Position numbers and translations under genes: made by a program
Part shown: positions 39,205-52,000 of the stretch, in pieces
How positions within the stretch are numbered: the first letter of the stretch is position 1
Layout of the letters: every line of letters begins with the position of its first letter
Source of the DNA: Somniosus microcephalus
Lineage: Eukaryota
Direction of reading: 5' to 3'
NCBI GenBank assembly: GCA_052327205.1
Contig: CM126206.1
Span: forward strand, 44,020,001 to 44,084,000
DNA: 64,000 nt
The notes under the pieces: model-generated
The model's database searches: none
What the model was told of the DNA's origin: nothing
What the model saw: the letters and a program-made list of their open reading frames with translations, nothing else

Positions 39205-40330
39205 TTATAGAATCATACAGCACAGAAGGTGGTCATTCGGCCCATCATGTCCGTGCCAGCTCTGAAGAGCTATCCATTTAGTCCCACTACACTGCAAATT
39301 TCTCCTTTCAAGTAGATATCCAATTCCCTTTTGAAAGTTCCTATTTAATCTGCTGCCACCATCCTTTGAAATCATAACTCTCTGCATAAACAAACATCGC
39401 ATCTCTCCACTGTTTTTTTTGTCAATTATATTACAGGAAACTTTGTGTTATCCAGAGGCGAACCATCCGGCAAGCTGGAGTCACCGGCAAAAATCAGGAG
39501 CCGTTTTTTATTCTTTTCGTTTCTTTTCTTTGCTTTTTTTGAACAGTCAAGCTCTGCAACGTCTGTAGCTAAGCAACAGCTTCAGCTAGAGACGGTACAG
39601 AGGCACTTGCCGACTGTTGAGGCTGGGGTTTATTGATTCATACGGAGATGAAAATCTCCGTATGTTTCAACATTAGCTCTGGAGTGTACGGCAGTTTTGA
39701 GGGAACGGCAGCAGCTTGGTCCCGTCGGTGCCGGATAGCACAAAGTTTCCTGTACATCTGTCTCCTCTGGTTACCGACCCTCCTGCCAGTGGAAAAAGCT
39801 TCTCCCGTTCTACTCGATCAAAACCCCTCAATTTTAAATCTCCCCTTAACCGTTTCTGCTCGAAGGATATACTTGCCTTGGAGGGGGTGCAACAAAGTTT
39901 CACTAGATTGATTCTTGGATGAGAGGGTTGTCCTATGAGGAGCGATTGAACCGAAATGGGCTTATATTCTCTGGAGTTTAGAAGAATGAGAGATGATCTC
40001 ATTGAAAGGTATAACATTTTGAGAGGCCGTTTCCCCTTGCTGGGCAGTCTAGATCTAGGGGTCATAGTCTAGGGGTCGGCCATTTAGGACTGAGATGGAG
40101 AATTCTTTATTACTTGGGAGGGTTGTGAATCTTTGGAATTCTCTACCCCAGTGTGCAATGGACGCTCAGTCGATGAGTATATTCAAGACTGAGATCGACA
40201 GATTTTTGGGCACTAAGGGAATCAAGGGATATGGTGATAGGGCGGAAAAGTGGAGTTGATGTTGAAGTTCAGCCATGATCTTACTGAATGGCAGAACATG
40301 CTCGAAGGGCCGTATGGCCTACTTCTATTT
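39205..40330. mobile_element. CR1 3' end (minus, interrupted by a MITE) fused to a plus-strand CR1 3' end from ~39860
   Basis: CR1 ORF2 tail motifs on both strands; the host sequence resumes after the MITE. Confidence 0.82.
39432..39754. mobile_element. Tc1/mariner-type MITE (orientation B) nested in CR1
   Basis: TACAGGAAACTTTGTG...CACAAAGTTTCCTGTA, 323 bp. Confidence 0.9.
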
Positions 40331-40494
40331 CAGATGTTCTTCTGTAAGAAAGGCAATCCCAGCTTCTCCAGTCTCCCCACATTTGATTCAAAATACAATG
40401 CGAGTTAGTCTGCTAGGCCTACGAATTCTGTCACTCATTTCGTTTCCGCCACTGCCAAAGCACTGAAGCGGCCATAATCAAAGTCAGTGTTACA

Positions 40495-41370
40495 TAACAA
40501 CCACTTGCATTTATATAGCACCTTTAATGTAGTAAAACGTCCCAAGGCACGTGATTTATCAAATTTTTTTTACACCAGGCCACAGAGATTAGGACAGGTG
40601 ACCAAAAGCTTTGTCAAAGAGGTAGGTTTTAAGGAGCTTCTTAAAGGAGGCAGAAGCAAAGGGGTTTACGAAGGGAATTCCAGAGCTTAGGGCCTGGGCA
40701 GCTGCAAGCAAGGCCGCCAATGGTGGAGTGAAGAAAATCGGCGATTCACAAGAGGCCAGAATTGGAGGAGCGTAGAGATCTCAAAGGGTTGTAGGGCTGG
40801 AGATTACAGCAAGGCCCATGGAGGAATTTGTAAACAATGAGAATTGTAAAATCAAGGCGTTGCCGGACTGGGAGCTAATGTTGGCTAGTGAGCGCATGGG
40901 CGATGGGTGAATGAGACTTAATGCTAGTTAGGATACGGGCAGCAGAGTTTTGGAAGAGCTCATGTTTACAGAGTGTAAGGTGGGAGGCTTGTCAGGAGAG
41001 CATTAGAATAGCCACGTTTAGCGGTAACAATGATATAGATGAGGGTTTCAGCAGCAAGTGTGCTGAGGCGGGGGGGGGGGTGGAGGAAGAGAAGAGGGGT
41101 GGTAACGGAGGTGGAAGTAGGTGGTCTCAGTGATGGAGCAGATCTGGGGTCAGAAGCTCATCTCAGGGTCAAATAGTACGCCATGCTTGATTGAGGCTGA
41201 ACCGGACTGTTCGCAATCAGTGGCCAGGGGGAAAGATAGAGCTGGTAGCTAGGGAATGGAGTTTGAGGCAGGGACCAAAGACAGAGCCTTTGGTATTCCC
41301 AGTATTTAGTTGGGAGGAAATTTCTGCTCATCTAATGCAGGATGTCTGACAAGCAGCGTGACAAATCAGA
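40495..41370 (-). mobile_element. L2 LINE 3' fragment
   Basis: Homologous along its length to 53420-54525; same tail ACTTGCATTTATATAGCACC. Confidence 0.8.
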
Positions 41371-41474
41371 GGTTAATTTTTTGGGTTATTTCTAAAGATA
41401 CCAGCTGGCCATGTTAGTATATAGCTTTGAAAGAGAATTCTTTTGGAATAAAAAATAAATTAAGAATTCCATAC

Positions 41475-41610
41475 CTTCTGGGCAAGTATCAGGAGCCCCC
41501 AATTGTTCTTCCCAAGGTTCACAGGCATTGCTCGCAGCAGCATCCAGATTTAGCACGTGATTTGCCCATACTTTGGCATTAGGATTCAGCTCTGAAACCT
41601 TGGCCGACTC
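41475..41610 (-). CDS. LARP4B: LARP4B exon carrying the PAM2w motif (ESAKVSELNPNAKVWANHVLNLDAA...CPE)
   Basis: ELNPNAKVW is the LARP4-family PAM2w motif. Acceptor ctttggtag|GAG, donor GAAG|GTATGG; 136 nt, phase 0 to 1. Confidence 0.95.
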
Positions 41611-41819
41611 CTACCAAAGCAAAAAAAAATGTTGCACTTAAAGACTGCTATGCAGATTACTTGTTTTTTAAATAAAGCATTTTCAGGGTTAAAGTCTGTT
41701 CCAGAAACAGTGAACACTAAATCTGCAATCTTAGAGCAAGTGTTGTAACTATAAAATTGTGCACAAAACAATGTTATAGTACTCATTTGACAATATTAAA
41801 ATATTTTAACTGGACACCA

Positions 41820-42740
41820 CAGCTTGCATTTATATTGGTACCTTAAAGCAGAAATAAGTGCTGCAAAGCACTTCACAGGAAAGCAAGCAACAGACACCAA
41901 GCCTTAGTGGGAGATATGACCAAAGGTTTGGTTGAAGAAATAGGTTCAGAAGAGGGGGGGGGGGGGGCAGAGAATTTATGGACGGAGCTCCACCGGGTAG
42001 GGCTGAGGCACCTTAAAGGTCTGCCAATAAACCAGAGGTTTACAGCAGATAAGGCCAAGTGTCCCATTCTTTCCAGGCCAGCTCTCTGCTAGTGTGATCC
42101 AAATCTAATCCCACTGCACTGCTCTTTGCCTGTATTTCCCTCTGCCCAAGGAATGTTTCAAGCAGAGACCAATGCATGTTTTAAGGGAAGAGGAGACAAA
42201 ATTTGATGCAAAGCATTCCATGCTCTAATAAACTTGTGTGAAGAACTTTTTTCGAACTTCTCTTCTCGCTGATACTCATCACCGACTCTCCAACTAGAGG
42301 GAAGTCTTTCCCATCAAAACCCTTCCGTTTCCAAAAGCTCTTAAATCTGCTCTTAGCTTTCTCCACTTCGGTGGAAATAGTCCCAATATCTCAAGTCTCT
42401 TCTCTTAACTTCCATTTCTTCTCCCTGGTATTATCCTAGATAACCCCACTGTAATCTATTCAAGGCTTGATATTGTTTTCTACAATGGAGCATCCAAAAT
42501 AGCACGAATAATAGTCACTAATAAATCCAATAAGGAATTCAGAAGAAACTTATTTACTCAAGAGTGGTGTAAATGTGCAACTTGCTATCAGAGTGGTTGA
42601 GACGAGTAGCATAGATGCCTTTAATGGGGATGTTAGGTAAGTAGATGGGGAGAAAGGAATACGATATGTTGATAGGTTGAGATGAAGCAAGGTGGGAGGA
42701 GGCTCATGTGGAGCATAAACACCAGCATGGGCTGAATGGG
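41820..42740. mobile_element. Mosaic of an L2 tail and degraded CR1 3' ends
   Basis: L2 tail at 41820-42030; CR1 remnants on both strands (AATAAATCCAATAAGGAATTCAGAAGAAAC...). Confidence 0.6.
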
Positions 42741-44209
42741 TTAGGGTTAAAGTTCAAGTAATTCTATGTAACACTCCCTATGCCCAAGTCTCTCACACAG
42801 ACCCAGCAATAACCCGAGTACACCACTTCCAACTCTTCTCCATTCCAAGAAACACTCAGGTGTGGCCAGGGGAGTAAAGGTGGCAGCAGAGCTTCAAATC
42901 TTGGATGCAAAGAAATGTACTGCACCTTGCACTGAGTGAGGGCGGAGAGGTGGGGCAAGGGGGTATGTGAAGGTGATCAAATCATGTAGAGGGAAAAAAT
43001 GGTCATCTTTTACTTTCAAATGGGTGGGGCGCAACAGTAATGCTCGACACGGTCAACCCAGGTCTGGTGGGGGATAACAAAACTAGTTGCACACCAGATC
43101 TACAATCCTAGGGTGCAGAGGTAACAATAGTAGGTATGGGAAACAGCAAATGGAGACGAGGGCAAAGGTGGTTGTGACGAGTGGAGGGCCAGGAGTGAGA
43201 ATTGGGAGTTTGAGGGCAAATAAGTGAAGGAGCTTGGTGAGGGGAGGAAAGTAATAGTCCCTGTTTACCCGCCCCCCCCCCCAAAACCAACCACGGCAGG
43301 GGGCAGCTAACACTGTTCAGATTAATTGAAATATTCTCACATCTAGCCTGTATGTCTTGTCAATAGTTTAATTCCAAATTCTTTAGAGACTGGCCACTCG
43401 TCAACTTTCTTCCCATTTCTGTGCACTTAGGATTGCTTATTTTATCCTGCACTTGGTACATGTTCATTTCAGGCTCAGCTAAGCTCCTCCTGCCCCAGTT
43501 CGGAATGCAAGTATACAGCAACACCCAGTCATTCCTAAATTTTTCAGCCAAAACAAATGATTTGCTATTATTAGTAGAAAATACATGTACCTGTAACTAA
43601 ATTCTGAAGTCACAATTAACCTATAGCCTTGAGCAATTCTACACATTACATGTGCTGACAAATTGAAGTTGCAATGTCCAAGCATTTTTTGTTATCCGCT
43701 ATAGCGACAGAAGCATCACACACAAAAATGTCACACACAAATTTAAGGATAGTCCATTCACAACAGAAAGCAGAACTTTTGCACAGCCAGAAATATTAAA
43801 GTTCCAGACTTGTTTTTGGGCAGTGCCCGATAAGACACAATATGCACGACATGAGCAAAACCTCAAGTTCACCAAGCACAGAAACCATAAGGATCAGTAA
43901 CAGCAGGACGGAAGACCGAAAGACCTAGCTAAAGCACAAGGGCTGAGATCCCCACCAAGAACTCTGATGGACAATAATTTTCAATGTCATATGAGGCCTG
44001 AATCTCCATACCCTGTTCCACTGTGCCCATGCACTCGCAAGAAAGCAATGGTGCATTTGTGAAGACTTTAGCAAAAATTATTTGGATCAGCATAATGCTC
44101 ATAAGTACCAATGATTTAAGATAGCAGTTCAGCACCTTATCCACTTTATTTACATTTTTTTTTTTTTTTTAAACAAACTTTGGACATTTTTCTATTATTC
44201 TGCACTGTC

Positions 44210-45300
44210 CTGGTTTGCTCAGCTTACCCACCACTACACTGGAGTACTGCATTCAGTTTTGGAAACAAAAGCTCTGGAAATATATATCGGCCTTGGAAGG
44301 GGTACTGCGCAGATTCATCAGAATGATACCAGGGCTTAAACGGTTGAATTATGAAGATAGATTGCATGAACTTGGCTTGTATTCCCTCGGGTTTAGACGG
44401 TTGAGGGGGCGATCTAATCAAGCTATTTAAAATAATGGTGCAGGTCAGCTGTGATCCAATTGAATGGAACAGGCTGGAGGAGCTGAATGGCCTACACTGG
44501 TTCCTATATTCCCATCTCCTGCTCCATTATTGGAGACCAACTTGTCAAACACAACTACTGCACTTCTGGGGGAATGTTGATAAAACCTCGTCACCTTCCT
44601 TCACAGCTCATGAAAACTTAGCTCAGTCTTCAAAATCTCGAACCATATCCATCACTGCTCAGCTCTTCCTCCCCTCCTTGTATTCTTCGACTCGAGTCAC
44701 TATATCATTGCAAGTTGATTTATAAATACCTCATTATACTTTACACGCTTTGCTGGTGCATTCCAAAACTAATCTCTGCCCTGCTCCTTTTTCCTGATTC
44801 AAACATTTATCCAATGTTCCCTAAAAGATGCAATGGTCTTGGCCTCAACCACTCCCTGTGGTAAAATATTCCATGCTCCAGCAACCCACAACGTAAATAC
44901 ATTTCTCACTAAGTGCCAACTTTAAATTTGATGACCCCTCATGACTGAATCCCAAAGGGACGTGGTCTTTCCAAATTCATCCCATAAAGCCCTTCATAAT
45001 TTTAAACAATCTGACAAATATCTTGGCTTTCTCTGTTGCAGTGGAAATAGTCTCAGTATCTCAAGTCTCTCCTCCTAACTATAATTTGTCATCCCTGGCA
45101 TCATCCTGGTGAATCTACGCTGTACAGCTTTCATGTCCTTTCTGTAATGGAGTGTCCAAACTTGCACACTACTGTGACCTCACCGATGTTTTGTACAGGT
45201 TTATCATTACATCTTCACCCTTTTACTCTATGCCCCTAATTATGAATCCCAAAATGCTGCTGGGCCTTTATGGCTTCATCTACCTGCACTTGCAGGGAAT
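44210..45300. mobile_element. Degraded CR1 fragments (plus 44210-44510; minus 44720-45300)
   Basis: LEYCIQFW...ALEGVLRRFIRMIPGLKRLNYEDRLHELGLYSL. Confidence 0.8.
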
Positions 45301-46003
45301 TTTTTTGAACTGCCTTCTATGTATTTGATGGCACTCCAGTTACTCGGATTATGCCACAAGCGAGACGGTTATGAAAAGACAAGCAAAGCTAGAATCCGCA
45401 TATATCTTAAAACAACAACGTTGGAGGAGAAAGAGAGGGGTAGCCAAATCATTAAAGGGGACATCAGTGTCAGTCCTTCCGCTGGCTAAGAACAGAGAAA
45501 AGGAAGCATGGTTAGACAGGTTTTAAACAGGCGTCTGCAGTTTGCTCCCTTGCTGTCTGTGAAATAAAGTAGCTTAATGATTCGTATCTGGCCTCAGCTC
45601 ACCAAGTGTTTCTCAATCTGCCTTCAAAGTGCACATGGGTGCACATGCAAAATGCACTATATCCAGGTAGATCCCGACAAATCCTATTGTTACACGCCAT
45701 GGTATAATGAGATATTGGCAAAACACTCAGGCTACTTGCATCGGTGAGCAGCATCACCATATCCAGCGAATATCGAGACCCCCAAAACAGGCACCCAAGG
45801 TGACGAGATAATCAGGGCCAGAGAATCTGAAACTGTTAAAAATTGGCAAACGAGCAGAAGAAACGAGGTCAGAAAATGAGAGGTTGGGCAGGAAAATGAA
45901 GAAAATCCTCCAGCTTGCAACCAAGGTTTCTAAAAGGAACAGATGAAGGATAATGTGAAGCCGAGGACCAAATTTAGGTTGAGGATTCAAGAATCAATGC
46001 AAT

Positions 46004-46338
46004 TACAGGAAACTTTGATATCCGGCACTGACTGGACCGAGCTGGTGCCGTAGCATCAAAAGTGCCGGACATACCAGAGTTAATGTTTAAACATACAGAA
46101 CCGAGAAGCTCCGTGTGAATCAACAAACCCTGTTGCTTAGCAACAGCTTCAAAACAGTCGGCTGCAGCTGCAAGTGTCTGTAGCTGAAGCGGTTGCTATA
46201 GCTACAGGCCTTGCAGTGCTTGACTGGGAAAAAGAAAGCAACGAGAACTAAAAAAAAAATAGAAAATGGCTCCTGATTTTTGCCGTTAGGTCGAGTATTC
46301 CGGACATATAACCTCCGGATAAACCAAAGTTTCCTGTA
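46004..46338. mobile_element. Tc1/mariner-type MITE (orientation A)
   Basis: TACAGGAAACTTTG...CAAAGTTTCCTGTA, 335 bp. Confidence 0.9.
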
Positions 46339-46916
46339 TGTATAATATATGCTGGAACTGCACAAAATGGCAAGAACAGTTTTGAGGATTCAATTTAATG
46401 AGTTGGAGCAGAAGGTGCTAATATGCGCTGACTCCATTGTTGCAAGTGGAAATCTTGGACAGTTTTCTTTGCCTTCCCTAGTCCCTGAACATGAAGGCCA
46501 AGTTCAGCAATTCAATGCTTCACTAACCAACATCAATAGACTCCGTACAAACTAGTGGTGAAATCCAAGTCTGAGAAAGCAAATAAAATGGCAGTGATGA
46601 AGTCTCAACTCCAACTCGAGAAGTTTAGAGCCAAAAATCTAAAACAAGGTTTTTCCAAAAAGTTGGCTGCGCTTTGAGACTGAAGGAGGAATATGGAAAA
46701 AATAGCGAACTGATTTTAAAAATATAAAAATACAAAAAAGGAAACTGTAAATGCTTGAATTCTGAAACAGAAAACATGGAAATACACAGGTGTCAGTATG
46801 TATCTGTAAACAGAAAACACTAGTTGGCTTTTGAGTGTGCATTCTTCATTAAAGTTTTTTTTATGCACAGGAAATACTTAAATTTAAAATGCCACTGTAT
46901 ACAAAGTAGATCATTT

Positions 46917-48137
46917 CATAGAAACATAGAAGATAGGAGGAGTAGGCCATTCGGCCCCTTGAGCCTGCTCCGCCATTCAATGCGATCATGGCTGATCATC
47001 CAAATTCAGTACCCTGTCCCTGCCTTCTCCCCATATCCCTTGATCCCCTTAGCCTTAAGAAATATATCCAACTCCCTCCTTCGTGAATATATTTAATGAA
47101 CTGGCCACAACTGTCTTCTGTTGTAGAGAATTCCACAGGTACACCGCTCTCTGGGTGAAAAAATTCCTCATCCCTGTCCTAAATGGCTTACCCCTTATCT
47201 CCAGACTGTGACCCCTGGTTCTGGACTCCCCCGCCATCGCGAACGCCCTTCCGGCATCTAGTCTGTCTAGTCCTGTTAGAATTGTATATGTTTCAATGAG
47301 ATCCCCTCTCATTCTTCGAAACTCTAGCGAATATAAGCCCAATTGACCCAATCTCTCCTCATAAGTCATTCCTGCCATCCCAGGTATCAGTCTGGTGAAT
47401 CTTCGCTGCACTCTCTCCATGGCAAGAACATCCTTCCTCAGATAAGGCAACCAAAACTGCACATAATACGCAAGGTGTGGTCTCACCAAGGCCCTGTACA
47501 ACTGCAGCAACACATCCATGTTCCTCTACTTGAATCCTCTCGCTATGAAGGCCAGCATACCATTTGCCTTCTTAACCGCCTGCTGCACCTGCATGCTTAC
47601 CTTCAGCGACTGAAGCGCAAGGACACCCAGGTCTCGTTGCACTCCCCCTTCGCCCAATCTATTGCCACTCAGATAATAATCTGCCTTCCTGTTTTTGCCA
47701 CCAAAGTGGAGAACCTCGCATTTATCCACATTATACTGCATCTGCCCAATCACCCAACCTGTCCAAATCCAAATCTGCTATTACATCTTTTATAATGGAC
47801 TCTAGCATTTTCCCCACTACCGATGTCAGGCTTACCAGTCGAAAATTCCCTGCTTTTTCTCTACCACCTTTTTTAAATAGTGGGGTTACATTAGCTACCC
47901 TCCAATCCATGGGAACTGTTCCAGAGTCTATAGAATTTTGGAAGATGACCAGCAATGCATCTACTATTTCTAGGGGCCACTTCCTTAAGTACCCTAGGAT
48001 GTAGATTATCAGGCCCTGGGGGATTTATCGGCCTTCAATCCCGTCAATTTCCTTAACACCATTTCCCTACAAATATGGATTTCATTCAGTTCCTCCCTCT
48101 CATTAGAGCTTTATGTTCCCCGACATCTCTGGGAGAT
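46917..48137 (-). mobile_element. CR1/HER1 LINE fragment (copy 2 of the young subfamily), internally deleted RT
   Basis: VPMDWRVANVTPLFKKGGREKAGNFRLVSLTSVVGKMLESII; YNVDKCEVLHFGGKN; LYRALVRPHL; same 3' UTR as 535-1143. Confidence 0.93.
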
Positions 48138-48172
48138 TTCAATTAAAGAAAAAGTCCAAAATTTAAATGTTT

Positions 48173-48494
48173 TGTAGGAATTGCCAAATTCCTATCTAAG
48201 AACTGAGGTCGACTCAGGCGATCAAACAAACAAGTTTTAATGCAGAACTAACGAGTTTAAGCAGTTTGTCGAGATCGATACAGGAGAACCACGAAAACAG
48301 GTCTTTGCTGGTCGGAGGCTCCACGAGGACTGCCAGGGCGGTCCCGTGGATGGCGTCATGACGTTTCTCCCGCGCTTGGGTGGTCACATGATTAGCGGCA
48401 TGTCGTCATCGCGTTTACCCGCGCTTTACCGCAGTCTCAAAGGAACGCGCCCCGTGCATGCAAACAGTATGTACAAACACAGAAATCACTAACA
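48173..48494 (-). mobile_element. Probable solo LTR
   Basis: TG...CA termini (minus strand reads TGTTAGTG...TCCTACA), 322 bp, CpG-rich, ATTAAA plus GU-rich tract near the 3' end. TSD not convincing. Confidence 0.5.
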
Positions 48495-49010
48495 GACTGG
48501 TACAGGCTTAGGTTGGAGTCAAACCTGGTTAAAGGGAATGATGTACAGTTGCTCAAAGTCCCTCAGTGGCTCTGCCACACTTTCATAAATAAATGCTGTT
48601 CACTCCTAAAAAATATCAAAGTTGAAGAATTTTAATGAGAATGTTGGATTGTTGTTTCATTGAAAGGAAATGACAATGAAGTTTAAGACAGTGTTTAAGA
48701 TGGAAGACGAAATACCATCCTCATTGCTTCTGAACATAAACTGAATGAGCTATGTTTAATTTGTAGGGTATGAGCGCAGTGTGGTTATGGTATGGACTAC
48801 CAACCCAGAGGTCACAAGTTCAAATCCCACTTTTGAATTAAATAAATCCAGGGGCAGGCACCAGAAAAATAGCCATGAAAGCTGCCTCATCTGGCCCATA
48901 CGTGACTCCAAAAAAAATTTAAATGGCAAATTTGCTGACATGTACAAAAGTTACACTTTTAACAGAGCCAAAAGGTGGGATTAAATCGGTGTCATTTGAA
49001 AGATACTCAC

Positions 49011-52000
49011 AGTCTGGTCACATCTGTTGAGCCAACTCCAAGAATCAATGGTTTCGGACACAGAAAGCCGGTATGGATACATCCCAGTAAGGCTTTTGGG
49101 GGCAACATTCTTTGATGCAACCGACTGGACTATATCATTTTGTTGTGGTCCGATCTCTTTGATAATTCCAGAGAAGTTGGTGTTCCATAAGTAACCCATA
49201 CGGCTGTCTACATTTATCTTCAGCTGTTCAGAAAATATATTCTCAGCTACATCTTCAAACATTGCGTCAATTTCTGGATTGATAGTCCATGGTGGCCAGA
49301 CGTCATGTTCTAAATTGTGATCTACTTTAGGTTCATCTTCAGACTCTCTCAAAATGACTGCCATCACATCCACACATCTCTCATTGCTTCTGCACAGCAC
49401 ATCAGATGAGCTTTTCTCTTTTTCATCACCACTGCTGAAGATTCCAGCTATGACATGAGGTATTTCATATGAAGGAGTTGATGCATATCGATCTATCTGA
49501 CTAGGATCTACAAGACTGTGAACAGTCATTTCACATGATTCTGTTGATGTGTATAATTTAACAGCCTCCGCATCTGTTGAAGCACTAGTAAAAGGAACAC
49601 TCTTTTCTAGTGCTGGGGCATTAGCTTGTGAACACTTCCCCTCCTTTGTTTCAATTTCAAAGGTGGGTGGACTCTTCACAGACTTATCCAATAACGGTGT
49701 GGTTTTACAGCTCGTGCCGAACATGACTTGCGGAACTTCATTTTGCACCCAGCACAAAACGGGATTGTAGTACTCATTTGTAATCCAGTCAGCATCAAAT
49801 GTTTGTTTCAAGTCTTCATCAGTCTTTTCATTACAACATTCTGAGAGATGCCCATTTACAAAGCTAGTTCTGTTCTCGATCTGTGGATGGATATTTTGCA
49901 GAGTCTCTGAACCTCCAAGTGCTGCATTTGGAGCTGATGAAATTTGCCTATGTGCAGAAAGATTATTTTGAATCTGAAGGATCTGTTCAGTTATTCCATT
50001 CAATAAACTTTCTTCATCTTTCAGACTGTTGGTATATTGTTTTAGGCAGATGTCTGCATTGTTTTCTACAGTATCAGAGAAATTATGGGTGGCAAAATCC
50101 ATTTCACTGCTTACTTCAGTATTGACTGCTAAAAAAGCAGCAGAATCTTGGTTTTGTTCACTATACCTTGTCTCACCTTTTTCCTGTTGGTTTTTCATAT
50201 TTGTTTCTGTAGCTGGTCCTTTCTGAACAGAATCCCAGATATCATCATTAGTAGGCAAAATACTTCTGATTTCATCCAACTCTGTTAAAGCAACACTGGC
50301 ACTGCAGCCAATGTTAAATGGCTCAGACAGACATGTATCATCATACATTTCAACAACTGCGTCGTGTTCAGCTGAAAGGTGAAGTCTTGAATTTTCCAAT
50401 ATAGTTTCTTCAGAGACATAGGGCACCCTCAATTTGAGGTCAGCTTGCAAAATGTCATCAATGCACACTGATGAAAGTTTACCACTTTGGTCACCTCTGC
50501 TTCTTTGATTAAGTATCTGCTCCTCAATGGTAGAATTACTGATATAAGCTACATCATCTAACTTGGCACAAGAACTGGATTTCAAACTATTCCCTTCAGC
50601 TTTCATATGCTCAAGTGGTTTTTCAACAGAAGGTACAGATAAGGACTTTACATCCAAGTATTTATCTTCCAGAGGTTCCACAAACACATTTACATGACTT
50701 AACTTAGTAGCTTGATCTTGTTGCAGTTTGTCAGTCTCACTCTTCTGATTGGTAAACTCTGTTTCCAGCAAATTAGATGGCACACTAACTAGATGGCTAA
50801 GAATTAGCTCACCTTCAAGACAACAGTCTGACATTGATTCAGAGTTAGAATTAGGTATTTTTTCTACTGAAGAATTAACAGGCCATAAATAATTTAACTT
50901 TGGCAGCACGGCTTGCCTGATTACAGAGGAGTCGGAGATAATATTTTGGCCATTTCTTACCCCATCAAGCTGCTGCACAGCTGTGTTTGGATACATCATA
51001 CTTTTGGATTCCAACATATTGAGCTTGCATTGTTGATATTCATTAATTCCTGTACCTTCAAAATGAGTGCAATGTTTTGCGGGGGACTCTGTCTCTATCT
51101 GCTTTGCTGCACACAGATGGTAGCATTTGGCATGGTTGTAAATATTTGCATATTTTGAAGCACAAGTGTCTGAACTAATGAAGTCATTTACCTCAGTCAA
51201 GTTCTCAGAAAGTGAAGATTTTACAAGGCTGTGTTTCTTTCCACATTTAGGATGAGTATCGAGACTTTCTGCCTCATCTTTGGTCATTTCTGCAGATAAA
51301 AGTGCTGCATTTGATTCTGGCAGCAGGAATATAGCAGCTTGTGCCTCATCAGGGTATACTTCAGTGGAAAAACCATGCTGCTTCACAATGTCTACTTCTA
51401 CGGTCATCGCTGGTGCGACTTGAACTACTTCCTGCTGCTCAGACACAGCTGCTCTACTTAAAGGACAGTGTCTTGAAAACTCCCCAGCAGTATCAACAGA
51501 CCATGTTAGGCTTTGCTTTCTATCAGCTGCAACAGCTGAACAGTATAGATCTGAAGCAATTTGATGAGGGAAAACAGGTGCCCCGTCATCATTGTCTACA
51601 TCCTCCAGATCTATTGTACAGATACTATAAAAATCATTGGTTCGAGATTGAATATAGATTTCAGCAGACACGTTACTGGTATCCAAGAAATGTTCTTGTA
51701 TATTATGCTGTGTTGTAATACATTGAACTCCATCAGTCTTGCTATTTTTAGCATAAACCTCTGCCACGAGTGAGTGACACTTAAGTTCTTGCTGTTGAGA
51801 GTGGGAATTCTCAAAAGTCATCTGGCAACTTGTCAAATTTGTGCCATTTAAGGAAGCCTCTTCCTTGGGGTGCGAGAGCACAATCTTGTCCTCTGGATGA
51901 TTACAGTCTAATAGAAACGGCGCACCTTCAGTAACATTTTCAGTTCTCTGCCTCCGAACAGAGTTTTCAGCCATTTTAACAGGACTCCCTGACTTTTGGC

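Noticed and set aside
42767-43079. TGTAAC...ATAACA segment as a solo LTR
   Set aside because: No target-site duplication, no clear poly(A) signal and no second copy in the window.
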